From Octopus sinensis (Eukaryota), in assembly GCF_006345805.1 (NCBI RefSeq), contig NW_021826027.1, positions 1-13,890 of the forward strand: a stretch of 13,890 bases of DNA, in the 5' to 3' direction. Shown piece by piece: positions 1 through 9,435 of this stretch. The notes under the pieces were generated by a model. The model was not told the origin of the DNA and did not search any database. It saw only the letters and a program-made list of their open reading frames with translations. Position 1 is the stretch's first letter; each line of letters opens with the position of its first letter. The translations under genes were made by a program, and so were the position numbers.

Positions 1-526
1 CAACATACATATATAAAACACAAACATATACAGTTCGTAGGAGCAGAGGCCATTATAGTAACGGCAGAACAGTTAGAGAGAGGAGACAATGGACTTAGTC
101 AGAAGCTAGAACGTGTCGCTGAATTACACCAATCAATCGGATGGCATTTCTCAAAAAGCAGTCAAGAAATTTGTCTGAACAACAGCAAAAAGCAACACCA
201 GTATCAAGAGTAAAGTCTTCGAGGTGGGATCGAAACCCTAACGGTGGGCTTCACATGAGCCATGAATAATTTCGCTATTTGTTGGAGTCTGAAGTATCTT
301 CTTCTGAAGACAAGAACCAATCTTTGGGCTGCACTCCTAGCTATGCAAACGACGTGAAGCCCAATATCTGGAGCAATGGTGACGATTCTAATTGAGTGCT
401 CAACCTGTTTAAGAGGATCTGGTGCGATGATGTTTTCTTCATATGAATAATGATGGAGTGTTTTTTCACCTTTTTTGTTTAAAGAATGTGAGTGAGCGTT
501 CTTAGATGTGGCGGCAAGTAATGCAA

Positions 527-692
527 TTTATATACACATACATACGTACATACATGCTTACATACAGTCATACATACATACACGCATGCATGCATGGATA
601 CATACATGCATACATACATGGATACATACATGCATGCATACATACATATATACATGTGTGTGTATGTTTATTCACACACACACACACACACA
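527..692. repeat. Compound microsatellite: degenerate (TACA)n/(ATGC)n followed by (GT)n and (CA)n
   Basis: Direct reading: catacatacgtacatacatgc...gcatgcatgcatgg...tgtgtgtg...cacacacaca. Confidence 0.95.
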
Positions 693-694
693 CA

Positions 695-1537
695 GAGGGT
701 GCGATGGGTAAATTGTCGACATTTCATATTTTTAATTTTGCGCATACTCATTGTTTGTTTTTGATTTTGTCGACTACACAGTATAGTAGGGTCAGTTGGG
801 TACCGTCTGTGAGAAAAAAAAACAGCACCATGACGCAATTCACTCTGCCAGAAATTTTGAAAAGGACAAGCTGTACTGCTTGGCATTCGCATCGGAAGCT
901 CCAATTTGAACATATCAAAGTTATTGGGTGTCAATCTGAGGACATGCACCGACAGTGATAAAATCAAACATCCAGTCAACATCATAACGTTTGGAGTGAT
1001 CACTAGTGATGGCGACGTTATGCCTCCATTCATCTTCCAACACGACCTCAGACTCAACACGGAGGCCTACATCAAGTATCTAGAGAAGTTAGTGCTGCCC
1101 TGGGCCAAGAGGGTGGCTGCTGGAAGACCCTATATCTGGCACAATCAGGAGAACTCAGTCATGGCTGTCACATAATTTCCGCGACCACATCATCCCTAAC
1201 ATCTGGCCACCTAACACCCCAGACTGCAACTCCCTTGATTATTATGTGTAGGGCACAGTTGAACGAGAGACCAACAAATCTTCTAACACCATAGATGAAC
1301 TGAAAGCAAAGATTATGGCAGCATTCACTGAGTTAAACAAGGAAACCAACTAGAAGAGTTGCAGGTGTTTCCGAAGTCGTCTTCGGAAGCCAATAGTGAT
1401 TTTATTGAATATATTTACTCTTTAGTATTTCAAGATATTTTTATGTAAATTTGGTAAATATAATCTAAGATGAGGTGTTAAGTTTTATTTTCATTTTTGT
1501 GTAATTTAGACGACAATTTATTCCCCGCACGTCCCTC
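695..1537 (+). mobile_element. Tc1/mariner-superfamily DNA transposon, internally deleted, non-autonomous
   Basis: Imperfect terminal inverted repeats: 695-718 GAGGGTGCGATGGGTAAATTGTCG vs reverse complement of 1511-1537 GAGGGACGTGCGGGGAATAAATTGTCG. They enclose transposase remnants. The right flank runs into (TA)n, and TA is the mariner target dinucleotide. Confidence 0.85.
830..1410 (+). pseudogene. Mariner-type transposase remnant (deleted, frameshifted, in-frame stop)
   Basis: Pieces translate as MTQFTLPEI / AVLLGIRIGSSNLNISKLLGVNLRT (HTH-like N-terminus), joined directly to KHPVNIITFGVITSDGDVMPPFIF...YIKYLEKLVLPWAKRVAAGRPYIW, then NFRDHIIPNIWPPNTPDCNSLDYYV*GTVERETN...DELKAKIMAAF. WPPNTPDCNSLDY (1204-1242) matches the Tc1/mariner WPxxSPDLNPxD/E motif. 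TAG at 1249-1251 replaces the usual Trp. Confidence 0.88.
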
Positions 1538-1538
1538 C

Positions 1539-1571
<33 letters not shown>

Positions 1572-1578
1572 ATATATA
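1539..1578. repeat. (TA)n microsatellite
   Basis: Direct reading; one single-base interruption near 1560. Confidence 0.97.
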
Positions 1579-1943
1579 GCTTAGCTGAAGGATTATAATT
1601 AATCAAAGGACAATCTAAGTATGCCTACCTGCTGGAAATAACAGTCAAAACTCTTATTAAATCGCCAAAATACACTGATAATAACTACAGACATCAACCG
1701 TCCAAAGGCAAACGGGCTAAGACAATCTCTCAGCATACATTCAAGTATTTGGACACCATACGTGGACCGGTTTCTGGACTGGCCTCATCTTCCTCAGCAC
1801 GCGTTACCTTGACAGAGAACTCCAACCCGTCGTGTTGAAATTCGCGCTGCAACTAATTCGTTTAGCGCCGAAATAATGGCAGCCACCAGTGTGAAAATAA
1901 TTTCAATACGGAGCAAATAATTCACGAGAAAATTAATTTGCGA

Positions 1944-2072
1944 TAGAGAGAGAGTGTGTGTGTGTGGGGAGAGACAGACAGATAGACAGATAGACGGATA
2001 GACAGATAGACAGATAGACAGATAGACGGATAGACGGATAGACGGATAGACGGATAGATAGATAGATAGATA
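1944..2072. repeat. Compound microsatellite (GA)n-(GT)n-(GACA/GATA/GACGGATA)n, pure GATA next to the LINE 3' end
   Basis: Direct reading: gagagagtgtgtg...gacagacagatagacagatagacggata...gatagatagatagata. Confidence 0.97.
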
Positions 2073-2078
2073 TGTTTC

Positions 2079-2084
2079 TTTATT
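2079..2084 (-). promoter_or_regulatory. AATAAA polyadenylation-like signal at the LINE 3' end
   Basis: Plus-strand TTTATT at 2079-2084, about 8 nt from the junction with the (TCTA)n array. Confidence 0.6.
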
Positions 2085-2486
2085 AGCCACACAGGGCTGC
2101 ACACAGATAGAACAAATTACAAGGTAGAGCTTTTCTTTTGAAGGTTTAAAAAAAAAATTAATAAATAAATAAAATAAAATAAAATAACAAATAAAATAAA
2201 ATAAAAAAGGGGGGGTCGATCAAAAGGGATCGTAAGGAGGAGAGAAAGAGGACAAAAAAAGGGGGGGTTAAAAAAAAGGGGGAGAGGAAAAAAAATTGAT
2301 CAATAGGGATCGTTATCACAGAAATGTCAATATGAAGTGTAAAGGGGAGGACAGGTGAGGTTTACCCGTGGAAAGAAAAGCCTACGGAAAAGACCACGGT
2401 AACCTCGGTCAATGAAGTCACATGTTATATTTCTTTTTTTTTTTTTTTTTTGCAAATAAGCAACTCTCTGTATTAATTTTTACGGT

Positions 2487-5424
2487 TCATAGAATCATAG
2501 TCAAGGTGGCTTCGTCATTCATACGTGCCATCCTTGCTACATTCACCCATCTTTTTTTAAAACATTCACTAGACAAAACTTGCCTCTCTACTCTCACTTT
2601 TTTCTTCAAGTGATACTTGAAGAAGTTGATGAGAGATTGACCAGAGAGGAAAGTGTTTGTCTCTAATCCTTCAGACGCGTCCACCAGATACATTCTTTCG
2701 CCATAGCCACAAGTATGATAAAAATAGCTTTTCCTTCCCGTTTGAAGGAAGGAGGCGTGACGATATTAACGATAGACTCGGCTGATAAACCGACACGTCC
2801 CACACGTGACAGCAGTCGTTCGACATAAGCCCACAGGTGGGAAATTGCTGGACACTGCACGATTGCGTGCAGAGCGGTTTCGTCGCTCTGCCCGCATCTC
2901 GGGCAGGTCGGCCCCGTGTTTCTCGAGCCATGCCTATAGAGCTTATCCCGAACGGGTAGCGCTTCTCGGTAGCACCGCCAGGCCAGGGATCTTTGGAAGT
3001 TGTCCATAGGTCCCGGGCCGAAAGTCGTTTGAAACAGGCGGGTCAGGTATTCCTCGTCGACGCCCAGGTTTGCCCCGAGCTCGGTCGTACCTCCCCTCCA
3101 CTAATCCCCTATAGAATGCTTTGGTTGTGTTGAAGTCACTCTCAAGGTCGACCCGGACGGCAGAGTTGCTTGAGAGCAACGCGACACTCGCGGTGCCATT
3201 CGCCCTTCTTCGGCCTCTTTTTGATCCACGACTGTAGTTCGGTCATGGAGACGAGTTGCGGGAATGCGTGCCTCACAAACGGCGACCACACCTGTTCACC
3301 GTCGTCTACATAGAGCCGGAGATGTCGCAGTCTCAGCGCGTGTCTGCGCATCATCAACCACGGCATGCCCAGCCCTCCTTTTAACGGGTGTTGACAGCAA
3401 ATGGATCGCCTGACCATCGGGACGCATCCTTTCCACAAGAAGCGGAAGAGGATGCGTTCTAGTTTGGTGATGGTAGGGTCGGGACAAGGTACGACGGTCA
3501 GGCGGTAGTAGATGATGGACGCGATGTACGCGTTCACCACCTCCGCCACCTTTTAGGGACAGTTTCCTCTCGGCCCATTGCTGGGCGAGAGTGACCACCC
3601 TACTCGTTATCTCGTTCCGTTCTTCTCCATTTGGAGGTCCGGACCGAACCAGACCCCGAGCAACTCAACCGGGCCGTCTGTCCAGCGTCCCACGACGGAG
3701 GTACTGGTGGACGGCATGGGCTTGCTTCTCAGGTGCCGAGCCGCAAGCCCACTGACTTTTCCCGGTTGATTTTTGCTCCTGTCACCGCTTCGTAGTCTTT
3801 CAGTGTCTCGCCGACCCGCTCGATGCGCTCGTGGCTTGACACTATGACGGTGACGTCGTCCGCGTATGCAGACACGCTCGTCCCGCATCCTAATTCTCGC
3901 GGGATGCCCCTCAGAGTCGCCAGCTTCCGCAGTAGTGGCTCAAGAGTCAATACGTATAGAAGCGCCGAGAGGGGGCATCCCTGACGGACCGAACGTGCAA
4001 TGTTGAAGGGTCTCGATAGATGTCCATTTACGCGAATTACCGAACGGATGCCCCTGTACAAGGCAGCTATCCAGCCGCGGAAGACGGACCGAAACCAGCC
4101 GCTCTCAGGACTGCCTCTAAGTATCGATGGTCTACCCTATCAAAGGCTTTCGATTGATCCAAGTTGATCAGGGCCCCACCCATGCCAGGTTCGTTAACTA
4201 CCCTGTCTATGATGTAGCGCATCAGATGGAGGTTGTCATGGATGCTCCGGCCCGGCACGGCGCATGTTTGTGCGTTGTCGACCAGTTTCTCCATCAAGCG
4301 CCAACCTCTTGGCTAACACCTTTGTCAAAATTTTCAGGTCTGCATTGAGCAGAGTGATTGGCCTAAAGTTATCTATAATGTTTCCCTTGTTTGGATCTTT
4401 CTTCGCAGAGTTACAGCTCCTCGACTCACAAAACCGGGTATGCTCCCGTTTTGCTGCCAGTTGCAGTATACCGCTGCCAAGACGTCTCCAAACAAGTCTG
4501 GCATACAATAGTAAAATTCGTAGGGTAGACCATCCAAACCCGGTGATTTGTCCCTCGAGCATTCTGCCATCGCTTCCCGCACTTCCGCCGCCGTGATGGC
4601 ACCTTCGCAGCACCCTGCCTTTCTTGTCGAGAGTCGTGGCAGGCTATGTAGGTAGGCACTGAAGTCTACCCTACGTTCTTGCCCTCCACTCGTCCCGAAC
4701 AGTCGGGCAAAATGCTGCTGAAAGGCCTCACACATTTTACTTGGCTCGAGCAATTCGCGCCCCTGTTCATCTACCAGTGACCGAATAGTGGCTTGTTGCC
4801 CTGTTGCGCCTCTGCCACCCAGGCCTCTCTCGCGGCTCCAACACCTTCGTTCCTTAGAGCACGCCCTAGCTCTGACAGCACATCCTTCGTGTTTGGCGTT
4901 GAAGTGTTGGTCGAGGGCCAACCTCGCCGCCAAACGTCGGATGCGATGCCGCTTCTAATTGCCTCTTCTAGCTTCTTAACTAGCTCACCCTCTACTCTAT
5001 TTCTATCTATGGCTAGTGCTTTGCTGTACCTAATCGCTTCTGCTTTTACTGCTCTCTTGAGGGCAAACCACCATTTGTTGTTGATGATGGCTCCCGTCAA
5101 AGCCCTCTTTACTAGTGTGCTAATCCGGTCTCTGAAAACTTGTCTGGACGGGAATGATGCGTTCAGTTTCCAGTAACCCAGGACCCTGTCTATGTGCCTT
5201 ATCTAAGTCTAAGCGTACACGTCACCAATTTGTGATCCGTGTAGCTGACTGTGTGGAATTGTGGACATCCTAAGTTATCCTTGTCTACTGTCCTACACAG
5301 TATCCTATCTAGATACGATCTCGACGACCCACTGCGGTTGCTCCATGTCCACGTTGGTGCATTTGGGTGGTCGAGTCGGTACCTGTCAGACAGTTGGAAT
5401 CGTCTGAGCAGGTCTCTGAGGCAT
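2487..5424 (-). pseudogene. LINE ORF2 (C-terminal APE endonuclease, reverse transcriptase, C-terminal CCHC zinc finger), frameshifted
   Basis: EN motifs [20 protein letters not shown]...YTDHKLV; linker GPGYWKLN; RT motifs KSPGLDGLPYEFY, FRPITLLNADLKIL, LINLDQSKAFDRVDH, SVRQGCPLSALLY, YADD (3855-3866), KINREKS, LLGVWF; KGGLG; CPRCGQSDETALHAIVQC (CX2CX8HX4C, 2852-2905). Stop at 2487-2489. Confidence 0.95.
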
Positions 5425-5700
5425 ATAGATAGATAGGTAGGTAGATAGATAGGTAGGTAGATAGATAGGTAGGTAGATAGATAGGTAGGTAGATAGATAG
5501 GTAGATAGATAGGTAGGTAGATAGATAGGTAGATAGATAGGTAGATAGATAGGTAGATAGATAGATAGGTAGATAGATAGGTAGATAGATAGGTAGATAG
5601 ATATGTAGAAAGATAGGTAGACAGATAGATAGATAGGTAGACAGATAGGTAGGTAGACAGATAGGTAGGTAGACAGATAGGTAGATAGATACACACACAC
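5425..5700. repeat. (GATA/GGTA/GACA)n tetranucleotide microsatellite ending in (CA)n, abutting the LINE 5' truncation point
   Basis: Direct reading: atagatagataggtaggtagatagataggtag...gacagataggtaggtagacag...acacacac. Confidence 0.97.
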
Positions 5701-5929
5701 AATCAGACATACATTTAGCGTATACACAATGATGGCTGGATGGATGGGCAGGGTTAGATATTTAGAAAGATAAACAGTATACAATATCGTTGTAGATCTC
5801 ATAAAGCACACTATAATACAAAGCACACAAACGCGCGCGCGCACTAAAGCAGTGCTAACCATATCCTACTACGAAAGTTTTTATCTTCGTTGCAGACGGA
5901 ACAAAATGACAATGAACTCGCCAATTAAT

Positions 5930-6630
5930 ATGGCAATCTAGTACAGAAATGATATTGTAATGTAATAATGAAATACAACAATAATATGATAATGTAACAA
6001 TATTATTTGGCTGTACGTTATAAAGTAACAATATAATATAACAATAAAACGTAACACCAACATAATCATCTAAAAATAATATTTAATGTAACAATATTGT
6101 ATAACAGTGATATTACAATATAATACATATTAGACAACGGTAATATTGTAACATAATAATGCTATATAACGATAATACAGTCATACATCATTGTGCTGTA
6201 AAGTAATGGGGTAATATAACACTGATACTGTGTAATAATGGTGTAACATTGCAACATAACAATTCACATACGAGTATTATAACGATTTAATAACGATAGC
6301 AATGAAATAATGATGTAATATATATAACGATTGTAACAAAATAATATGGCATAACGATGTAATATGGCAAGGATTTTGTGACATAGCATGTAATGAAATT
6401 CTAAATAGGGATATAGTATAATATTAAAAACTGTTATGAAATACTAAAAGTGCAACATAAAAATACAATATGATAGTCATATGTTATATTTGATATAGTG
6501 TAGCAACTCACATATAACATTATGCAGCACTAATACTCTTAAATATGAATGCTATATAAAAACAATATAATAAATTGGTAATGTATCTTAACACTAATGT
6601 TAATGCGTATTAATATTATATGAATTAATA
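5930..6630. repeat. Very AT-rich low-complexity tract, decayed array of CAATA/TAATA/GTAAC-like units
   Basis: Recurring gtaac/ataat/acaat/taata words with apparent ~5-nt periodicity, judged by eye. Confidence 0.6.
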
Positions 6631-6640
6631 TGCAGGTATC

Positions 6641-6677
6641 GTGTGTGTGTGTGGTGTGTGTGTGTGTGTGTGTGTGT
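6641..6677. repeat. (GT)n microsatellite
   Basis: Direct reading. Confidence 0.97.
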
Positions 6678-7133
6678 ACGAACTTCTGAATAATTCTGTG
6701 ATGAATTATGTCGAACAAATAAGATAGGTTTGCTCAGTACATGCTGTAAAGTATCTGGTTTATTGAAAGTTAATTGTATTTTAGGATAGAGTTTCCCACC
6801 ACTTCTATTTTCAGGATCGCCATTGTTCTTGCCTGAAGATCGATGTGCCGTAAAATTCGAGTCGTGAATTAAAAAATTCAGCTTCAGTAAGCGCTTGTGT
6901 ATGCGTGTGTGTTTGATAATCAAAAACGCCAGGATTTTCAGACAGAAACGCCGACCAGCTTACACAGACTTTAGAAATAACTTGTAAGTGGAATAGCAAA
7001 AATATGCGAGCTTTTTCTAAAGTTTAACATGTAACATTTCTGTTATTCAAATCATAATGTTTGCGCTTTGTTTATTATTTAGAGACCGACTCCATCGTAA
7101 GAATTTTCATAATTACTTGTACACAAGCTGTAC

Positions 7134-7167
7134 GTGTGTGTGTGTGTGTGTGTGTATGTGTCTGTGT

Positions 7168-7204
<37 letters not shown>

Positions 7205-7217
7205 GTGTGTGTGTGTG
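7134..7217. repeat. (GT)n microsatellite with interruptions
   Basis: Direct reading. Confidence 0.97.
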
Positions 7218-7479
7218 GTTCATAAGTGGATAAATACTTCCCCGTGGTACTGAAAATTATTCTATCATGCAAAACGAATGCCCAATAAACGTAAAAAATA
7301 TTAAGTTTATGGCAATTAATTAACTAAAATGGAGAGACACTTCAAATATTTCTAATTATATGGAAATAAGATATCTAGCGTCAATGTACAGCCTTTCAAC
7401 CACGCTCTCTCCCTTCTCTATACACCCACTTACCCACATATATACTGCACATACATTGGTCTCCCTCTCCCTCTTTATA

Positions 7480-7575
7480 AATACATATATATACATAAGT
7501 GAGTGTCTATATATATACATATATACATACATACAAACACACATATATATATGTGTGTATGTGTGTATGTATGTA
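7480..7575. repeat. Mixed (TA)/(CA)/(TACA)/(TG) microsatellite
   Basis: Direct reading. Confidence 0.9.
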
Positions 7576-7883
7576 TAATTCAAAGGTCTAACCTTGTTAC
7601 ACTGTGTCATGCTGTTTCTACTTGAGAATTATGTGAAGGGTACACGTGTCTGGTATCTGTGGAATATTCCGCCACTTTCAGAATAATGACATTATGCCTA
7701 CATTAAAAATTATGCGACAGAAATAAACATCTGTTTGGTGTGAGAAAAAATCGTCCACTAAACAGTGTGTGAAGAAAATGGCGTAGAAAAAGGCCTGGAA
7801 CATTTCGCTTCTGGACGTGCAATTTTTAGGCTGTGTATCTTCAGTAGGATCAGAAAAACAAATGTCTGTAGTATAGCCAAATA

Positions 7884-7980
7884 CAGTAGAAACTCGGCTT
7901 GCGAATATAATCCGTTCCTGAAGACCGTTCGTCACCCGAAATATTCATATGCCGAAACTATATTTTTCATAGGAAATTCA
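7884..7980 (+). mobile_element. Possible pogo/Tigger-like DNA transposon terminus fragment
   Basis: TA|CAGTAGAAACTCGGCTTGCGAATATAATCCGTTCC...TTTTCATAGGAAAT resembles the TA-CAGT-initiated termini of pogo/Tigger-type elements, from recalled similarity. No partner TIR found in the window. Confidence 0.4.
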
Positions 7981-8287
7981 AATGACAGTTAAACAATAGC
8001 TTTTGGAATGTGAGAACTCTTTTATTATAAACAAACTCATTTAGCGTTATAGTAGACGATATTTGTTGTCACGGATCGCTTAACTAAATGGGACAGAGCG
8101 CTCGGCCGGAGTTTGTGGGGTACAGCGTTCAGTTCTCTGTCACCTCTTGCAGACTACTTTATTTTGTGTTTTGTAAGGCTATTTACCCGACCTTCTAAGC
8201 TGTTTTTACAGCTATTCTGCGTTCGAGATTTACTATCTTTTCTATAAAACCTCAACTTGGTCGGCGCTTGTAAGTTTGCTTATAATA

Positions 8288-8292
<5 letters not shown>

Positions 8293-8321
<29 letters not shown>
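8293..8321. repeat. (CA)n microsatellite
   Basis: Direct reading. Confidence 0.97.
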
Positions 8322-8322
<1 letters not shown>

Positions 8323-8690
8323 AGAAAAGGTATAAATAATGTGCTTTACATATTTCTTTATTTGTGAATCTTAAACAGATGATATTATTTGTTAAGGTCG
8401 TTAAATATTTTCAATCGATCGATTGAGTCAACGGAACCATGAACGCACCTATAAGGCGTATCAGAAACAGCTGTAAGTCTAAGATGCACAAATGAAGACA
8501 TACGTAAATACCATTATCTATGAGTTACATTGAATCATGGATTTACAAAGTCGACGAGTGATGGACTTCAGTTTCGGATCTTATCTTAGGAACACCTGGA
8601 GCTCTAAAACTTTTGTTAGCCTGGGGCATTTGTGTTAACAGGGGGCTTCAGAAGTATTTTCCGAATTGATAATCTTTTCTTAGCTCTTTA

Positions 8691-8810
8691 TACACACACA
8701 CACACCACACACACACACACACAACACACACACAATGTATGTATGTATGTATGTATGCAAAGACAAAAACAAACACACACACCACACACACACACACATA
8801 TATATATATA
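8691..8810. repeat. Compound (CA)n-(TATG)n-(CA)n-(TA)n microsatellite
   Basis: Direct reading. Confidence 0.95.
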
Positions 8811-9011
8811 AACTTTAGCCGTCACTCGCAAGCGAGTATGACCTGGTAATCTATTCCATGTACTCACAGGTTGTTTTAGGTGCTTGAGTGGTCACGAGCA
8901 GATATAGATACCCCCTAGGCTCTCTCGCTCACGATTCAGTGAACATAGATTATGCGATATCTGGAGAGAAAGAGAGAAAAAGAGAGAGAAAGAGTTGCTC
9001 CCGTAGTCTGC

Positions 9012-9146
9012 TGGTACTCATTTCAACTGAGTAGACTAGAACAATGTGAAATGAAGTGGATTGCTCAAGGATAAAACGTGTAGACCGATCCAGAAAACGA
9101 ACCTACGACCTTACGATTATGAAGCCAGCACTCTAACCAACAGGCG
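9012..9146 (-). mobile_element. Diverged tRNA-derived SINE, 5' part (head + CORE/Meta-like segment)
   Basis: Minus strand reads GCCTGTTGGTTAGAGTGCTGGCTTCATAATCGTAAGGTCGTAGGTTCGTTTTCTGG (tRNA-like D arm, anticodon arm and B-box), followed by TCCTTGAGCAA...CACTTCATTTCACATTG...CTCAGTTGAAATGAGTAC. Confidence 0.7.
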
Positions 9147-9169
9147 TAATTTATCATCTGTACATTCTT

Positions 9170-9365
9170 TAAATGGTTTCAGGCATTGTACCGCATGACA
9201 GCGGCACTGTCGAGAAGAGGTTTTCAGCCGATCTCGTCGGCTCCAGTACTGAGTGTCGTATCATTCAATAGGCCTCTTGCTTGCTGAACAGCTGGGTGAC
9301 GAGGGTATAAAGAAACGAATACCGGATATCAATTGGGTGTTAACATAGAGATGGGTTACAGGGTA
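9170..9365 (-). mobile_element. Highly diverged 3' half of the SINE family at 10359-10769
   Basis: Collinear patches match the reverse complement of 10560-10745: tttcaggcatt~tttcagccatt, ccagtact~ccagtact, gctgaacagct~gccgaaccgct, ggatatcaa~ggttgtcaa. Confidence 0.55.
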
Positions 9366-9435
9366 ACGAAAGCCGACAAATATTGTTAGACTCTACTTTC
9401 AGTTTCGATAACTCTTTCGTCGATAGTGATATTAA

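Larger units (their letters stand above)
2073..5424 (-). mobile_element. 5'-truncated non-LTR retrotransposon, L1/Tx1-like clade (partial ORF2 + 3' UTR)
   Basis: Minus-strand ORF fragments join into EN-RT-zinc finger order. A ~410-nt 3' UTR (2073-2486) ends ...CAGCCCTGTGTGGCTAATAAAGAAACATA followed by (TCTA)n. No ORF1 or 5' UTR; the element starts inside the endonuclease domain. Confidence 0.93.

Noticed and set aside
1-213. Stop-free frame QHTYIKHKHIQFVGAEAII...QYQE*
   Set aside because: No start codon in the window, no polypyrimidine acceptor and no recognisable homology. Cannot be distinguished from chance.
222-240. GGTTTCGATCCC B-box-like motif on the minus strand
   Set aside because: No convincing A-box or tRNA cloverleaf; at best a heavily decayed SINE head.
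506-958. ORFs 506..958 (+), 508..711 (+) and 668..1060 (-)
   Set aside because: Made of TACA/CA microsatellite translation plus out-of-frame or antisense transposon sequence. Only MTQFTLPEI (from 830) belongs to the transposase.
1794-2104. ORFs with YLS/IYL/SVY repeats (1794..2102, 1922..2104)
   Set aside because: Stop-free translations of the (TCTA/TCTG)n array.
2806-5436. Plus-strand ORFs over the LINE (2806..3009, 3101..3289, 3578..3769, 4127..4348, 4264..4596, 4793..5176, 5251..5436)
   Set aside because: Antisense shadows of GC-richer ORF2 sequence with no recognisable motifs.
5199-5862. Long repetitive ORFs 5199..5702, 5309..5710 and 5386..5862 as host genes or LINE ORF1
   Set aside because: The YLSIYLPT repeats come from the GATA/GGTA array. 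Only the last ~75 aa of 5199..5702 are real (endonuclease fragment), and they have no start of their own.
8064-8120. TGTCACGG... resembling an LTR 5' end
   Set aside because: No partner LTR, matching CA end, TSD or primer-binding site was found.
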